Below are positions 8,099-17,069 of a DNA stretch of 37,261 bases, piece by piece. The translations under genes and the position numbers were made by a program. Under the pieces are notes generated by a model. It was not told where the DNA came from, did no database searches, and saw only the letters and a program-made list of their open reading frames with translations. Location of the stretch: NCBI GenBank assembly GCA_030627085.1, contig DAOUSS010000003.1:1-37261 (forward strand), written 5' to 3'. Numbering within the stretch: the first letter of the stretch is position 1; every line of letters begins with the position of its first letter. Origin of the DNA: Candidatus Stahliibacteriota bacterium (lineage in GTDB: Bacteria; Hydrothermota; UBA3073).

Positions 8099-9647
8099 TA
8101 CCTCCCATCCTTTTGTAAATCTTATTGTATTCAAGAATCATCCTGTGGGTATTGAAGTAAGATGCGTTTATTGCAATTGCGTTTTTCATTATCTCTGCCC
8201 ATTTCGTTCTATTATGATAAAATACAGGCAGAATTTCGTTTCCCAGTTTGTCGTAAAGGTTTTCTGCGTCGTCGGTCAAACTCCAGCCTGTTATTCCCTC
8301 GTTACATCCTTCAATCCACCATCCATCCAGCGTAGACAGAGAGGGAATCCCATTATGGGCTGCTTTCATACCGCTCGTTCCACATGCTTCCAGTGGCGGT
8401 TTCGGATTGTTAAGCCAGAGGTCCACTCCCTGTGTGAGAAGTTTTGCAATCCCAATATTATAGTTCTCAATGTATGTTACCTTTATCTTCCCATTTAACT
8501 CTCTGGCAATGTTTATTACTCGTTTTATTATACTTTTTCCCTCATTGTCATGTGGGTGTGCCTTGCCGGAGAATATTATTTGAATATCTCCCAAGCTCTT
8601 TAACCTGTCTAGATTTGAAAATATGATATCTGCCCTTTTATAACCAATAAATCGACGCGCAAACCCTATCGTAAAAGTGTTAAGGTTAAAATCACTTTTC
8701 ACAAATTCAAGTAACCTCTTTTTTGCCTTTATATGGGAGGACCATATTACTTCTGGGGGAACTCTCTCGGCCCCTCCAAGAAGATGAGGATCTTCTCTCC
8801 ATCCGGGTGTATACTCATCAAACAGGGTAGCAAATTCTGGTGATGTCCAGGTAGCAGAATGAACTCCGTTTGTAATTCCATCAATATTGTCCCTTTTAAA
8901 CATCTGCCTTGAGACATCCCTGTGCCTTTTTGATACACCATTAACATAACCTGAACCATAAAACGCAAGTTCTGTCATATCGAGTTCCCTGTCCCACTCC
9001 GGAAAAAATTCTTTTACAAGATTTGTCTCAAATCTATCATGCCCGGCTGGTATTGGTGTGTGAATGGTAAAAAGGCATCTGTTTTTTATTTCATCAATAC
9101 TCATCTTCTTTGACAATTCGTGTATAATAAGCGCAGAATGGCTTTCATTCATATGATAAACTGCATCTTTAATCCCGAGTTTCTTCAACATCCTAATACC
9201 TCCAATACCAAACACAATCTCCTGCATAAGTCGGTACCTCTTATCTCCTCTGTAGAGATATTGTGTTATTTTTCTCGTTTCGGGACTGTTCTCTGGAAGA
9301 TCGGTATCCAGAAAGTAGACAGGAACCTTGTAACCAGATATTCCTTCTATCTCGTATTTCCACGCCCCAATCGCCACATTTTCATCTCCAATGTCCACAT
9401 AAACCCGGTGTGGAAGAAACTCCATTACATCCGTTGGATTCCACTCCTCTGGTAATTCCTCCTGCGTTCCATCCTCCCTCAGTCTCTGTCTGAAGTATCC
9501 CCGGTGATAGATAAGGGTAACTCCAACAATTGGAATTTTGAGGTCTGCTGCAGATCTCAGCGTATCCCCGGCAAGAATGCCGAGACCACCACTATAAGTG
9601 GGAATTTTTTTATCAATACCTATCGCCATTGAAAAATATGCAATCAT
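8079..9647 (-). CDS. glgP: Alpha-glucan (glycogen/maltodextrin) phosphorylase, compact form, GT35
   Basis: Motifs YSGGLGILAGD, HMNESH, FTIHTP, ITNGVH, GFARR and GKAHP; PLP motif EACGTSGMKAAHNG. Confidence 0.93.
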   Translation of the reverse strand: MIAYFSMAIGIDKKIPTYSGGLGILAGDTLRSAADLKIPIVGVTLIYHRGYFRQRLREDGTQEELPEEWNPTDVMEFLPHRVYVDIGDENVAIGAWKYEIEGISGYKVPVYFLDTDLPENSPETRKITQYLYRGDKRYRLMQEIVFGIGGIRMLKKLGIKDAVYHMNESHSALIIHELSKKMSIDEIKNRCLFTIHTPIPAGHDRFETNLVKEFFPEWDRELDMTELAFYGSGYVNGVSKRHRDVSRQMFKRDNIDGITNGVHSATWTSPEFATLFDEYTPGWREDPHLLGGAERVPPEVIWSSHIKAKKRLLEFVKSDFNLNTFTIGFARRFIGYKRADIIFSNLDRLKSLGDIQIIFSGKAHPHDNEGKSIIKRVINIARELNGKIKVTYIENYNIGIAKLLTQGVDLWLNNPKPPLEACGTSGMKAAHNGIPSLSTLDGWWIEGCNEGITGWSLTDDAENLYDKLGNEILPVFYHNRTKWAEIMKNAIAINASYFNTHRMILEYNKIYKRMGGNSVIAS

Positions 9648-9654
9648 AATATTA

Positions 9655-10158
9655 AGTCTTAGAGTCTTGGAGTCATAGAGTCTTAGCGTCGTAGAGTCAT
9701 GGAAAACTTAAATATGTCGTTTGAGGGATCTGTTAAGATATTTAATCATACCGGAACCGAGTTGTGAAACTTTTTCTGCTTGATTATAGACGGCCTCTTT
9801 TTCGTCCTTTGTCAAGTATTTTTGGTCTAATGCTGCGTAACAAAGACTTTGAACTTCCGCTGCCGACCCCTTAGAAATCCATAAACCTCTCAAAAATTCT
9901 TTATCTGTCTCTCTTGCAAACCCCTCGGCTATATTGGACATTGAAGAAACAGCTGCTGATGAAAACTGGCCAGAAAACCTCAAGTCTGTGGAAAGAGCGA
10001 GATTTGCCCTTATTGCATCGTAAACCATTTTTACCAATTTCCGAGCCTCTTTCCAGCACTCCAAGTCCTCAAATCTCTCAATTTTCATAAAACCTCCATA
10101 ACACAATGACACTACAACTCAAAGACGCAACGACACTATGACTCTATGACGCAATGAC
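9655..10158. mobile_element. Inverted 8-mer array element enclosing a four-helix-bundle gene
   Basis: Left arm GTCTTAGA GTCTTGGA GTCATAGA GTCTTAGC GTCGTAGA; right arm GACGCAAC GACACTAT GACTCTAT GACGCAAT GAC. Confidence 0.65.
9708..10088 (-). CDS. Four-helix-bundle protein (23S rRNA IVP / Avd-like family)
   Basis: Motifs MKIERFEDLECWKEAR, SSMSNIAEGFAR and ISKGSAAEVQS; RBS GGAGG before ATG 10088. Confidence 0.92.
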   Translation of the reverse strand: MKIERFEDLECWKEARKLVKMVYDAIRANLALSTDLRFSGQFSSAAVSSMSNIAEGFARETDKEFLRGLWISKGSAAEVQSLCYAALDQKYLTKDEKEAVYNQAEKVSQLGSGMIKYLNRSLKRHI

Positions 10159-13100
10159 TTATTTCACTATCGGTTTGTCTAAGAAATTCGGGGGTATTCT
10201 TCCTGAAAGGATATATATATTCTTCAATGTCTCTCTATACATTTCATCCCATTTCTCATCCCCTTCAGGTGTCTCCATGTCTTCACCCAACCACCAGAAC
10301 CAGTCAGAACCTTCCGCTGCATAAAGTTCTTCCCATACCTCCTCTGGTATATTATCCCATCTTTCCATATCCCTTCTAACCCTCAATAGATACTCCCACG
10401 CCTTGTTCTCTTCATCCTCACCTATCCATATATCAAAATTGCCATTTATCCATGAGCCGGCAGCGAGGTCGTTCAGAATATGCAAAGGTAGATTTTCATT
10501 TAAAAATTCACTAACAGTAAGAGTTTTTACCCAATCTGCTTCTTCTATTTTTGAATAGAATGAATGAAAGAATTCCTTTCCATCTTCTTTATATGTCTCC
10601 CATGCATTCTCTCCGTCCATAATAATGCATACACATACAGGTTCATTTGTATCTTTGAACCTTTTATGTATTTCATAAAGCCTTCCAAGGAGGTCATTCG
10701 CTGCTGCCTTACCGGGCATAGAATTGTATCTGAATCCAATATCGTCAGAGAGCCTTGTATCCCTGAAGATAATTTGCACCTCCCTCTTATCAAATCTCGC
10801 TCTGTATGGTCTGTATTTATCCCGTTCACTAACTTCTCTATTGAGTGATTTTGCAAGTATCTGTTCACCTGTGGCTATCCACCTTACTCCTTTGTTAGCA
10901 AATATTGGAATTATTTGTTTTGCCACGGAACCCTCTGATGGCCACATACCCACGGGTTTTTTACCAAAAATCTTCTTGTAAAAATCTACGGATTTTTTTA
11001 CCTGAACAGCAGCATCCTGTGGATATGAAAATCTGAATGGCAGTTTTTTGTGATAAAGGTCCGTATCATATAGGAGGGGAATGATGGGATGATAGAAGGG
11101 TGTGGTTGTAACCTCTATCTTTCCCTCATCCATAAGCCTTTTATGGAGGGGTACTATCGCCTTCATAATCTCTACACCCTTATCAAGAACTTCACGTTTA
11201 TCCTCTTCTGTAAAATCTCTCTTCTTTTCAATCAGATTCCTTACTGTGATTCTCTTGCCGGTTACAAGTTCAACCTCATTTTTTTGAAATGATGGGTCAA
11301 ACCACGCAAGATTATACCATACCTGCAGGTCTCTAAAATCTTCCACAGAATAATTCCTTAAAGTAGCTTCTATGTCCATTTCTCCGTTTTTTATAATCCT
11401 CTTTTCATAAAGTTCCCTGTATCTGGGATGAGGGTCTATCAGATTTTCTTTATTTAGTGCGAAAAAGTTCATAAGAATATATTCCTTATCCTCTTTTGTA
11501 AGAAGTTCAGCAGGTTTCATAGTTACTTGCATACATTTATCAACAGGCCTACCATTTTCATATATATCTATCTCATCAAGAATTTGTAAGAGTAAGGAAG
11601 GAGTGAGGTTGATTGTAAAATGGACATTGAGATAGTCCTCCAAGATTGCTGCCATATCATAGTAATCCTTTGTTGAATGAAGCCTTACCCAGGGTTTCTC
11701 ATATATACCTGTCTTTCTATCCTTAAAATATCTCGGTTGGTGTTGATGCCACATAATTAGAAGATTGATGGGCTTACCTACCCTTTTTAGTTCTGCTGGT
11801 CTGGTCATTTTCTCTCCCTCTCCTACCACTATAACGGAATTAAACCCCTGAAATCCATCCGGTGACTTATCTGGATTTTTGGGGTCAGGTATCCAGTTCC
11901 CATTCACTATAAACTTATATTGATAAGTTCCTGGTAAAAGGTCCAAGGATATTCTCCATAGATTTCCATCGTTTTCCATAAGAGTGCCGCTCCAGCCATT
12001 GAACTCTCCAGCAATCTGGACAGATTTTGCATCTGGTGCATCGAGTTGAAATTCAACTTTTTTCATTGAAACTCCCTCCTCTTCTGCAACAATATTTGCC
12101 ACATCTCCTGTTCTTAATATAAATATGTCTCCCTCAAGAGGGTTGAGGGTTATAACAAGCCTTTCATAAGCCCTTATCGTATTACCTGTTATTGCCTCCT
12201 CCCATACACCCGGCGCCTGTATGCTCAATACTCTCTTTCTGTCTGATTTATTAAGAGCAACGATCACGCCATCTTTCCCATCTTCCAGAAGATATACATA
12301 TATATCTTTCTCCAAAAGGATTCTCTTTTCCCTACCCCTTCTTATAACACTGTTTTCGTTTCTTATATGGAGCAATCTGGATACATATTGAAGCGTCTCT
12401 TTTTCCATTTCATTTAATTCATCTTCAAACTTCATCATTCTGCGATTGTCAGGGTCACCTGCGCCGGGCATTCCAAACTCATCACCATAAAGAAGCACAG
12501 GCGCCCCCTTTATGGTGAGAAGAAATGTAAGCGCAAGCCGTAATCTTTTATACGATTCTTCTGTCGGCGGAGACGCTCCTTTCCAACCGACCTCTTTCTC
12601 ATCACCTTCCAGTTTACAGTATGTTATAAATCTCGAAAAATCATGGGTCCCAAGAAACGGACACATTATACTTCCTTTCGGATATACTCTATCAGATTCA
12701 CTTAATGCATAATCAAGTGCGAAGAAACCCTCCTTACCAGAAAATACATTTCTGAGTGTCCAGTAAAGCGGATAATCAAGTTGTCCATTAAGGAGATCAT
12801 CTCCAATAAATGCAGCTATCGTTTCTCTGTTGGATATAGTTTCTCCGAAGAGGAAAAAGTCCTTTCCGACTTCTTTGTCCAATCTTTCACGAAATTCTTC
12901 CCAGAATACGATCGGCATATGCTTTACAGCATCAAGTCTTGCACCATCCACTCCCGTTTCCTTTATGAGCCATATTGTAGTATCAATGAGTGCCTGCCTC
13001 GCCTCTTTTTTCTCATGATTTAAGGTCGGAGCGAACTCATCAAACCAGGTAGTAAAGGGGAACTCATCAAACAACCTGATATTTTTTCTCCCGTCTTCCA

Positions 13101-13674
13101 ATTTAAGTTTTGTAAACCAGTCGGGATGTTCTTTCCACCATGGATGGTCTATATGAACATGATTGAGGACGAGGTCAAGCATAATTTTTATATCATGCTC
13201 GTGCGCTTTTTCTACAAGTTCCTTCAACTCCTTCATATTTCCAAATCTCGGTTCGATCTCTGTATGGCTTACAGGCCAATACCCATGATATCCCGTAAAC
13301 TTGTGGTGTGGAGGTAAGGCATCTCTGTATGCTCCCTCGGGTGCCTTATATACAGGAGATAACCAGATGGCACCTATTCCGAGTGATGTAAAATATCCAT
13401 CTTCTATCTTCTGGATTATACCTCTGAAATCTCCACCCAAAAAATTGCATCTCGCATCAAGTTCCGGGTCTTTTATGGGAGAATCGTTTGCTACATTCCC
13501 ATTTTTGAACCTATCAGTTAAGATACAGTATATTACTCTATCCTGCCAGGTGGTAACAGATTTGCACGATTTGAAATCGTGTTTACAATTATCTTGTAGG
13601 CACAAATTCAATTTGTGCCCATGATTATAATCTATGATAGATGTCAAAAAAATCAAAGGTATATACATTAGCAT
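10159..13674 (-). CDS. Multidomain amylolytic enzyme: GH13 + CBM48-like + GH57
   Basis: GH13 motifs YHGYW, DLVLNH, GARLDAVKH, FGE and FLGTHD. CBM48 motifs IAGEFNGW and YQYKFIVNGNWIPDP. GH57 motifs WHQHQP, WPSEG, MDGENAW and AEGSDWFWW. Confidence 0.9.
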   Translation of the reverse strand: MLMYIPLIFLTSIIDYNHGHKLNLCLQDNCKHDFKSCKSVTTWQDRVIYCILTDRFKNGNVANDSPIKDPELDARCNFLGGDFRGIIQKIEDGYFTSLGIGAIWLSPVYKAPEGAYRDALPPHHKFTGYHGYWPVSHTEIEPRFGNMKELKELVEKAHEHDIKIMLDLVLNHVHIDHPWWKEHPDWFTKLKLEDGRKNIRLFDEFPFTTWFDEFAPTLNHEKKEARQALIDTTIWLIKETGVDGARLDAVKHMPIVFWEEFRERLDKEVGKDFFLFGETISNRETIAAFIGDDLLNGQLDYPLYWTLRNVFSGKEGFFALDYALSESDRVYPKGSIMCPFLGTHDFSRFITYCKLEGDEKEVGWKGASPPTEESYKRLRLALTFLLTIKGAPVLLYGDEFGMPGAGDPDNRRMMKFEDELNEMEKETLQYVSRLLHIRNENSVIRRGREKRILLEKDIYVYLLEDGKDGVIVALNKSDRKRVLSIQAPGVWEEAITGNTIRAYERLVITLNPLEGDIFILRTGDVANIVAEEEGVSMKKVEFQLDAPDAKSVQIAGEFNGWSGTLMENDGNLWRISLDLLPGTYQYKFIVNGNWIPDPKNPDKSPDGFQGFNSVIVVGEGEKMTRPAELKRVGKPINLLIMWHQHQPRYFKDRKTGIYEKPWVRLHSTKDYYDMAAILEDYLNVHFTINLTPSLLLQILDEIDIYENGRPVDKCMQVTMKPAELLTKEDKEYILMNFFALNKENLIDPHPRYRELYEKRIIKNGEMDIEATLRNYSVEDFRDLQVWYNLAWFDPSFQKNEVELVTGKRITVRNLIEKKRDFTEEDKREVLDKGVEIMKAIVPLHKRLMDEGKIEVTTTPFYHPIIPLLYDTDLYHKKLPFRFSYPQDAAVQVKKSVDFYKKIFGKKPVGMWPSEGSVAKQIIPIFANKGVRWIATGEQILAKSLNREVSERDKYRPYRARFDKREVQIIFRDTRLSDDIGFRYNSMPGKAAANDLLGRLYEIHKRFKDTNEPVCVCIIMDGENAWETYKEDGKEFFHSFYSKIEEADWVKTLTVSEFLNENLPLHILNDLAAGSWINGNFDIWIGEDEENKAWEYLLRVRRDMERWDNIPEEVWEELYAAEGSDWFWWLGEDMETPEGDEKWDEMYRETLKNIYILSGRIPPNFLDKPIVK
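13564..13620. repeat. REP doublet inside the amylase coding sequence
   Basis: GCACGATTTGAAATCGTGTTTAC and GTAGGCACAAATTCAATTTGTGCCC match intergenic copies (e.g. 31240, 32328). Confidence 0.9.
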
Positions 13675-13688
13675 TTCCCCTCCTATAC

Positions 13689-13748
13689 ATTAGGTCATTT
13701 GGTCATTAAGTCATTAGGTCATTAAGCACGATTTGAAATCGTGCCTAC
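13689..13748. repeat. 8-mer array arm plus GTAG-type REP
   Basis: (ATTAGGTC-like) x4, then GCACGATTTGAAATCGTGCCTAC. Confidence 0.8.
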
Positions 13749-13749
13749 A

Positions 13750-14949
13750 TTATTCCTCTTCGAGCAGTTTATTTACTTTTTCCGTTATTACAAATAGGGT
13801 TTCTTCTACGGAACGCTTGCCAGATAGAGCTGCTTCCATCTCTTGATTGACAACATTCTCTACTGCCGGGTAATCTGGTATAACAGGTCTCGGAACAGCG
13901 GTCTTCATCTGATGAAGAAAGGTCTCAAGATACGGATGTTTTATAATATCAACATCATCAAATGAGTTTACATTCACTGGAATCTGTCCCAGTTCGTTAG
14001 CCCATCTTATTTGATTTTCTTTGGAAACAAGAAATTTGAGGAAGTCAAAAGCAAGTTCTTTATCTTTTGTCCCTCTGAATATTACCATATTTGTTCCCCC
14101 TACTGTCGTAGCAGTCCCTGCTGGTCCCCTCGGTATCATACCAACACCAAAGTTTATACCTATGTTAAGGAGGGTTTTAATCCTCCAGGGGCCACTCAAT
14201 ACCATCGCGTACTTCTCATTCTGGAAGCCCATATCGGGCTCAACAGCACCCGCTTTCCATGCGCCTGCCTCTATCTTATACTTACTATAGAGGTCTACCT
14301 TGAACTGTAAACCCTCTACAGCTTCTTCCGTATTGAGAACACATTTCCCTTTGTCTATAAATCTTGCTCCAAATGTATAGAAGAATGGAAGTGTCCACCA
14401 TAATGTATTCCTCATACCAAATCCGAATATTTCTTTCTCTACGTCTGTGAGTTTTTCCCCGTAAGAAATAAATTCATCCCAAGTTGACGGCGGCTTCTCA
14501 GGGTCAAGTCCTGCCTCCTTAAAAAGCTTTTTGTTGTAAAAGAGACATATACAGTTTGTCTGGTCTGGTATACCATATATCTTGCCATCTATAATGTTTC
14601 CAGAGACAGCGGCAGGAACAAGTTCATCCACAAGTTCCCCTGCTCCAAATCCATCGAGAGCACATACCCCACCCCTCAATGCAAGTCTACTCACAAATGC
14701 ACAGTCCACCCTGGCTATATCAGGGGCTGTACGGGTTGCAAGTGCTGTGAGAACCTTTTGCTCTGTTCCATTAAAGGGTATTCTTTGAATCTCGACCTTT
14801 ATACCCTTTAGTTCCTCATAATTTTGGACAATCTCCGTGAATGTTCTATACTCCTCATCGTTATAACTCACCCAGATTGAGAGGCTACGAGCCAGAATTA
14901 TCTGGAATAATACTGTAACTATGAGAAAAACGGTAAAACTTTTCTTCAT
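13750..14949 (-). CDS. Sugar ABC transporter periplasmic solute-binding protein
   Basis: Signal peptide with no lipobox Cys; motifs APDIAR, DGKIYGIP, LFYNKKLFKEAGLDPEKPPSTWDEF and GPW. Confidence 0.9.
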   Translation of the reverse strand: MKKSFTVFLIVTVLFQIILARSLSIWVSYNDEEYRTFTEIVQNYEELKGIKVEIQRIPFNGTEQKVLTALATRTAPDIARVDCAFVSRLALRGGVCALDGFGAGELVDELVPAAVSGNIIDGKIYGIPDQTNCICLFYNKKLFKEAGLDPEKPPSTWDEFISYGEKLTDVEKEIFGFGMRNTLWWTLPFFYTFGARFIDKGKCVLNTEEAVEGLQFKVDLYSKYKIEAGAWKAGAVEPDMGFQNEKYAMVLSGPWRIKTLLNIGINFGVGMIPRGPAGTATTVGGTNMVIFRGTKDKELAFDFLKFLVSKENQIRWANELGQIPVNVNSFDDVDIIKHPYLETFLHQMKTAVPRPVIPDYPAVENVVNQEMEAALSGKRSVEETLFVITEKVNKLLEEE

Positions 14950-14967
14950 ATAATCCCCTTGTAAAAA

Positions 14968-15070
14968 ACCAAATCAAAATTATCAATTAGCAATTAACAT
15001 TTCAAAATTATTTCCCGCATTGCCTTTATCTTCCTCCATTGCTAATTGCTAATTTTACATTTTGAATTTT
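14968..15070. repeat. Gene-less inverted 7-mer array element
   Basis: caattag caattaa catttca ... ttgctaa ttgctaa ttttaca ttttgaa. Confidence 0.7.
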
Positions 15071-15074
15071 CAAA

Positions 15075-15881
15075 TTATCCCTTTATCGCTCCTTCTGTCA
15101 GACCGCGGATGAAGTATCTCTGCGTGAAGAGGAAGAGTATGGCTATCGGAAATATTGATATTGAAGATGCTGCCATCCTGAGTGTATAGAGTTCCTCATG
15201 AGCACTCCTGAACATAGCAAGACCAACAGGCACTGTATACATACTCTCTTTTGTGGTGACAATAAGTTGCCACAGGAAGTTATTCCAATGAAACTGAAAA
15301 CTCAATAAAAATACAGTTGCCACTATAGGCATCGAAAGCGGCAACACAACCCTTCTAATAACCCCAATCTCAGATGCTCCATCTATCCTTGATGCCTCAA
15401 TAAGCGATGTAGGTATTTGCCGTATAAACTGGGTGAGAAGAAACAATCCAAAAACATTTGCAAGATGTGGAACTACCATCGCCCTGTAAGTGTTTATCCA
15501 TCCCAATCTCGCAACGAGCACAAACTGGGGAATCATAAACATCATCCCCGGGACCATCATTGCAGAGAGAAAGAGTAGAAATAATCCATTCTTAAAAAAG
15601 AATCTTCGCTTTGCAAATGCATACGCTGCAAGGAGAGCAAAAAGGGTTGAAAATGTAGCTCCCAGTATAGCAACTATGAACGAATTGACAAAGTATTTAC
15701 TAAACCTGTACTGTGTAAGGACTAATTTGAAGTTATCTACCGTCGGGTTCTCCGGGATAATCTTCATAGAAAGACCACTTCCTAGAGGTTTGAAGGATGT
15801 TATAACCATCCAGAAAAACGGAAACAACACCACAAATGCAAGAACTATAAGGAAGATGTATATAAGTGCTTTTTTACCCAT
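15075..15881 (-). CDS. Carbohydrate ABC transporter permease (MalG-like)
   Basis: PFFWMVITSFK; EAA loop LIEASRIDGAS; WNNFLW; QRYFIRGLTEGAIKG. Confidence 0.92.
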   Translation of the reverse strand: MGKKALIYIFLIVLAFVVLFPFFWMVITSFKPLGSGLSMKIIPENPTVDNFKLVLTQYRFSKYFVNSFIVAILGATFSTLFALLAAYAFAKRRFFFKNGLFLLFLSAMMVPGMMFMIPQFVLVARLGWINTYRAMVVPHLANVFGLFLLTQFIRQIPTSLIEASRIDGASEIGVIRRVVLPLSMPIVATVFLLSFQFHWNNFLWQLIVTTKESMYTVPVGLAMFRSAHEELYTLRMAASSISIFPIAILFLFTQRYFIRGLTEGAIKG

Positions 15882-15884
15882 AAT

Positions 15885-16802
15885 TTATGTTTCCCTTAAA
15901 AGCCTCAGGCTTACAAGGGAGATAGCCATTGATATAAGAAGAAGAATAAAGGATATGGCAGCTGCATATCCAAGTTTCAAAGACTCAAAGTTTCTATAAA
16001 GATACATGCCTGTCACCCTGGTAGCGCCCACTATATTACCCTTGAAGTTGACCATTGGTCCCCCTCCTGTCATGCCGTAGAACTCGGCAAATGCAGATAA
16101 AGCTGCTATAGTGCCTATTATTACAAGAAATAAAATCACGGGCTTGATGAGAGGTATTGTTATATACCTGATTTTCTCAAAATTAGAAGCACCATCTATA
16201 GATGCTGCTTCAAAAAGGGATTGAGGTATATTATCCATAGCAGCGATAAAGAGAATCATTCCAAATCCAGCACCCTTAAGAGTCATAGCAATAACTATTG
16301 AAGGCATAGCAGTGGACGGAGTTGCAAGTGGAGGTGGAATCTTCAGGCCAATGAAATTGAATGCCCTCATAACCACTCCATAGGGACTTGAATATAGAAC
16401 TGTCCACACAATTGCAACTACAAATACATCAAGCACAAAAGGAAGAAAGAAACACGTCCTGAATATATTTCTACCTTTTATGTCCTTTCTCATAAGAAAT
16501 GCGAGAAGGAATGAGAATGCAATACCTATCGGGATTGATAGTATTGCATAATACAATGTCATAAGGAGTGCCCATCCAAATTCAACATCCTTGAAGAGTT
16601 TTATATAATTCCCCACACCTACAAGCTTCATACTACCAAAGACATCGTAGAGGTCAGTAACCTTGTGGAAACTGAGGATAAGTGAATAGACAATGGGATA
16701 GAGTAAAAAGATACAGAAGATTATAAGAAAAGGGAGTATAAGAGAATAGGATATAAGGCTCTCTCTTACTGAAACGGGATTGTTTTTAAATACTTTTTTC
16801 AT
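15885..16802 (-). CDS. Carbohydrate ABC transporter permease (MalF-like)
   Basis: LYPIVYSLILSF; EAA loop LFEAASIDGAS; ITIPLIKP; LGYAAAIS. Confidence 0.92.
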   Translation of the reverse strand: MKKVFKNNPVSVRESLISYSLILPFLIIFCIFLLYPIVYSLILSFHKVTDLYDVFGSMKLVGVGNYIKLFKDVEFGWALLMTLYYAILSIPIGIAFSFLLAFLMRKDIKGRNIFRTCFFLPFVLDVFVVAIVWTVLYSSPYGVVMRAFNFIGLKIPPPLATPSTAMPSIVIAMTLKGAGFGMILFIAAMDNIPQSLFEAASIDGASNFEKIRYITIPLIKPVILFLVIIGTIAALSAFAEFYGMTGGGPMVNFKGNIVGATRVTGMYLYRNFESLKLGYAAAISFILLLISMAISLVSLRLLRET

Positions 16803-16807
16803 CTGCG

Positions 16808-16878
16808 GGTTAGTTGGTAATTAGGGCATTAGGTGATTGGGCTATTGAGGTCATTGCACGATTAAAAATCGTGCCTAC
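16808..16878. repeat. Degenerate 8-mer arm plus GTAG-type REP
   Basis: ggtaatta gggcatta ggtgattg ggctattg; GCACGATTAAAAATCGTGCCTAC. Confidence 0.7.
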
Positions 16879-16943
16879 ATCTACAAGACAATAATTCCTG
16901 CAAGCGTAAGTTGAATTCGTGTCTATACTGATATTCCGAGTTC

Positions 16944-16972
16944 ATTATATCATAAAAGAGGAAAGTTGTCAA
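16944..16972 (-). promoter_or_regulatory. Consensus promoter of the ABC/amylase/glgP/malQ arm
   Basis: Minus strand: TTGACA (16972-16967), 17-nt spacer, TG-n-TATAAT (16949-16944). Confidence 0.85.
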
Positions 16973-16980
16973 GAAAAAAC

Positions 16981-17009
16981 TTGACAAACCGCTGAAAATG
17001 TTGTATAAT
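16981..17009 (+). promoter_or_regulatory. Consensus promoter of the TonB-receptor arm
   Basis: TTGACA (16981-16986), 17-nt spacer, TATAAT (17004-17009). Confidence 0.85.
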
Positions 17010-17069
17010 TCAGTCTACAATCTCTGCTTTCTCTCTGTTCTCTGTGGTTAAAATTTACAAGGAGGAAGG

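Noticed and set aside
3498-10088. Diversity-generating retroelement suggested by Avd-like proteins
   Set aside because: No reverse transcriptase and no template/variable repeat pair seen in the window.
16895-16915. LacI-type operator (TGCAAGCGT half-site)
   Set aside because: Only one half-site matches, and there is no regulator gene in the window.
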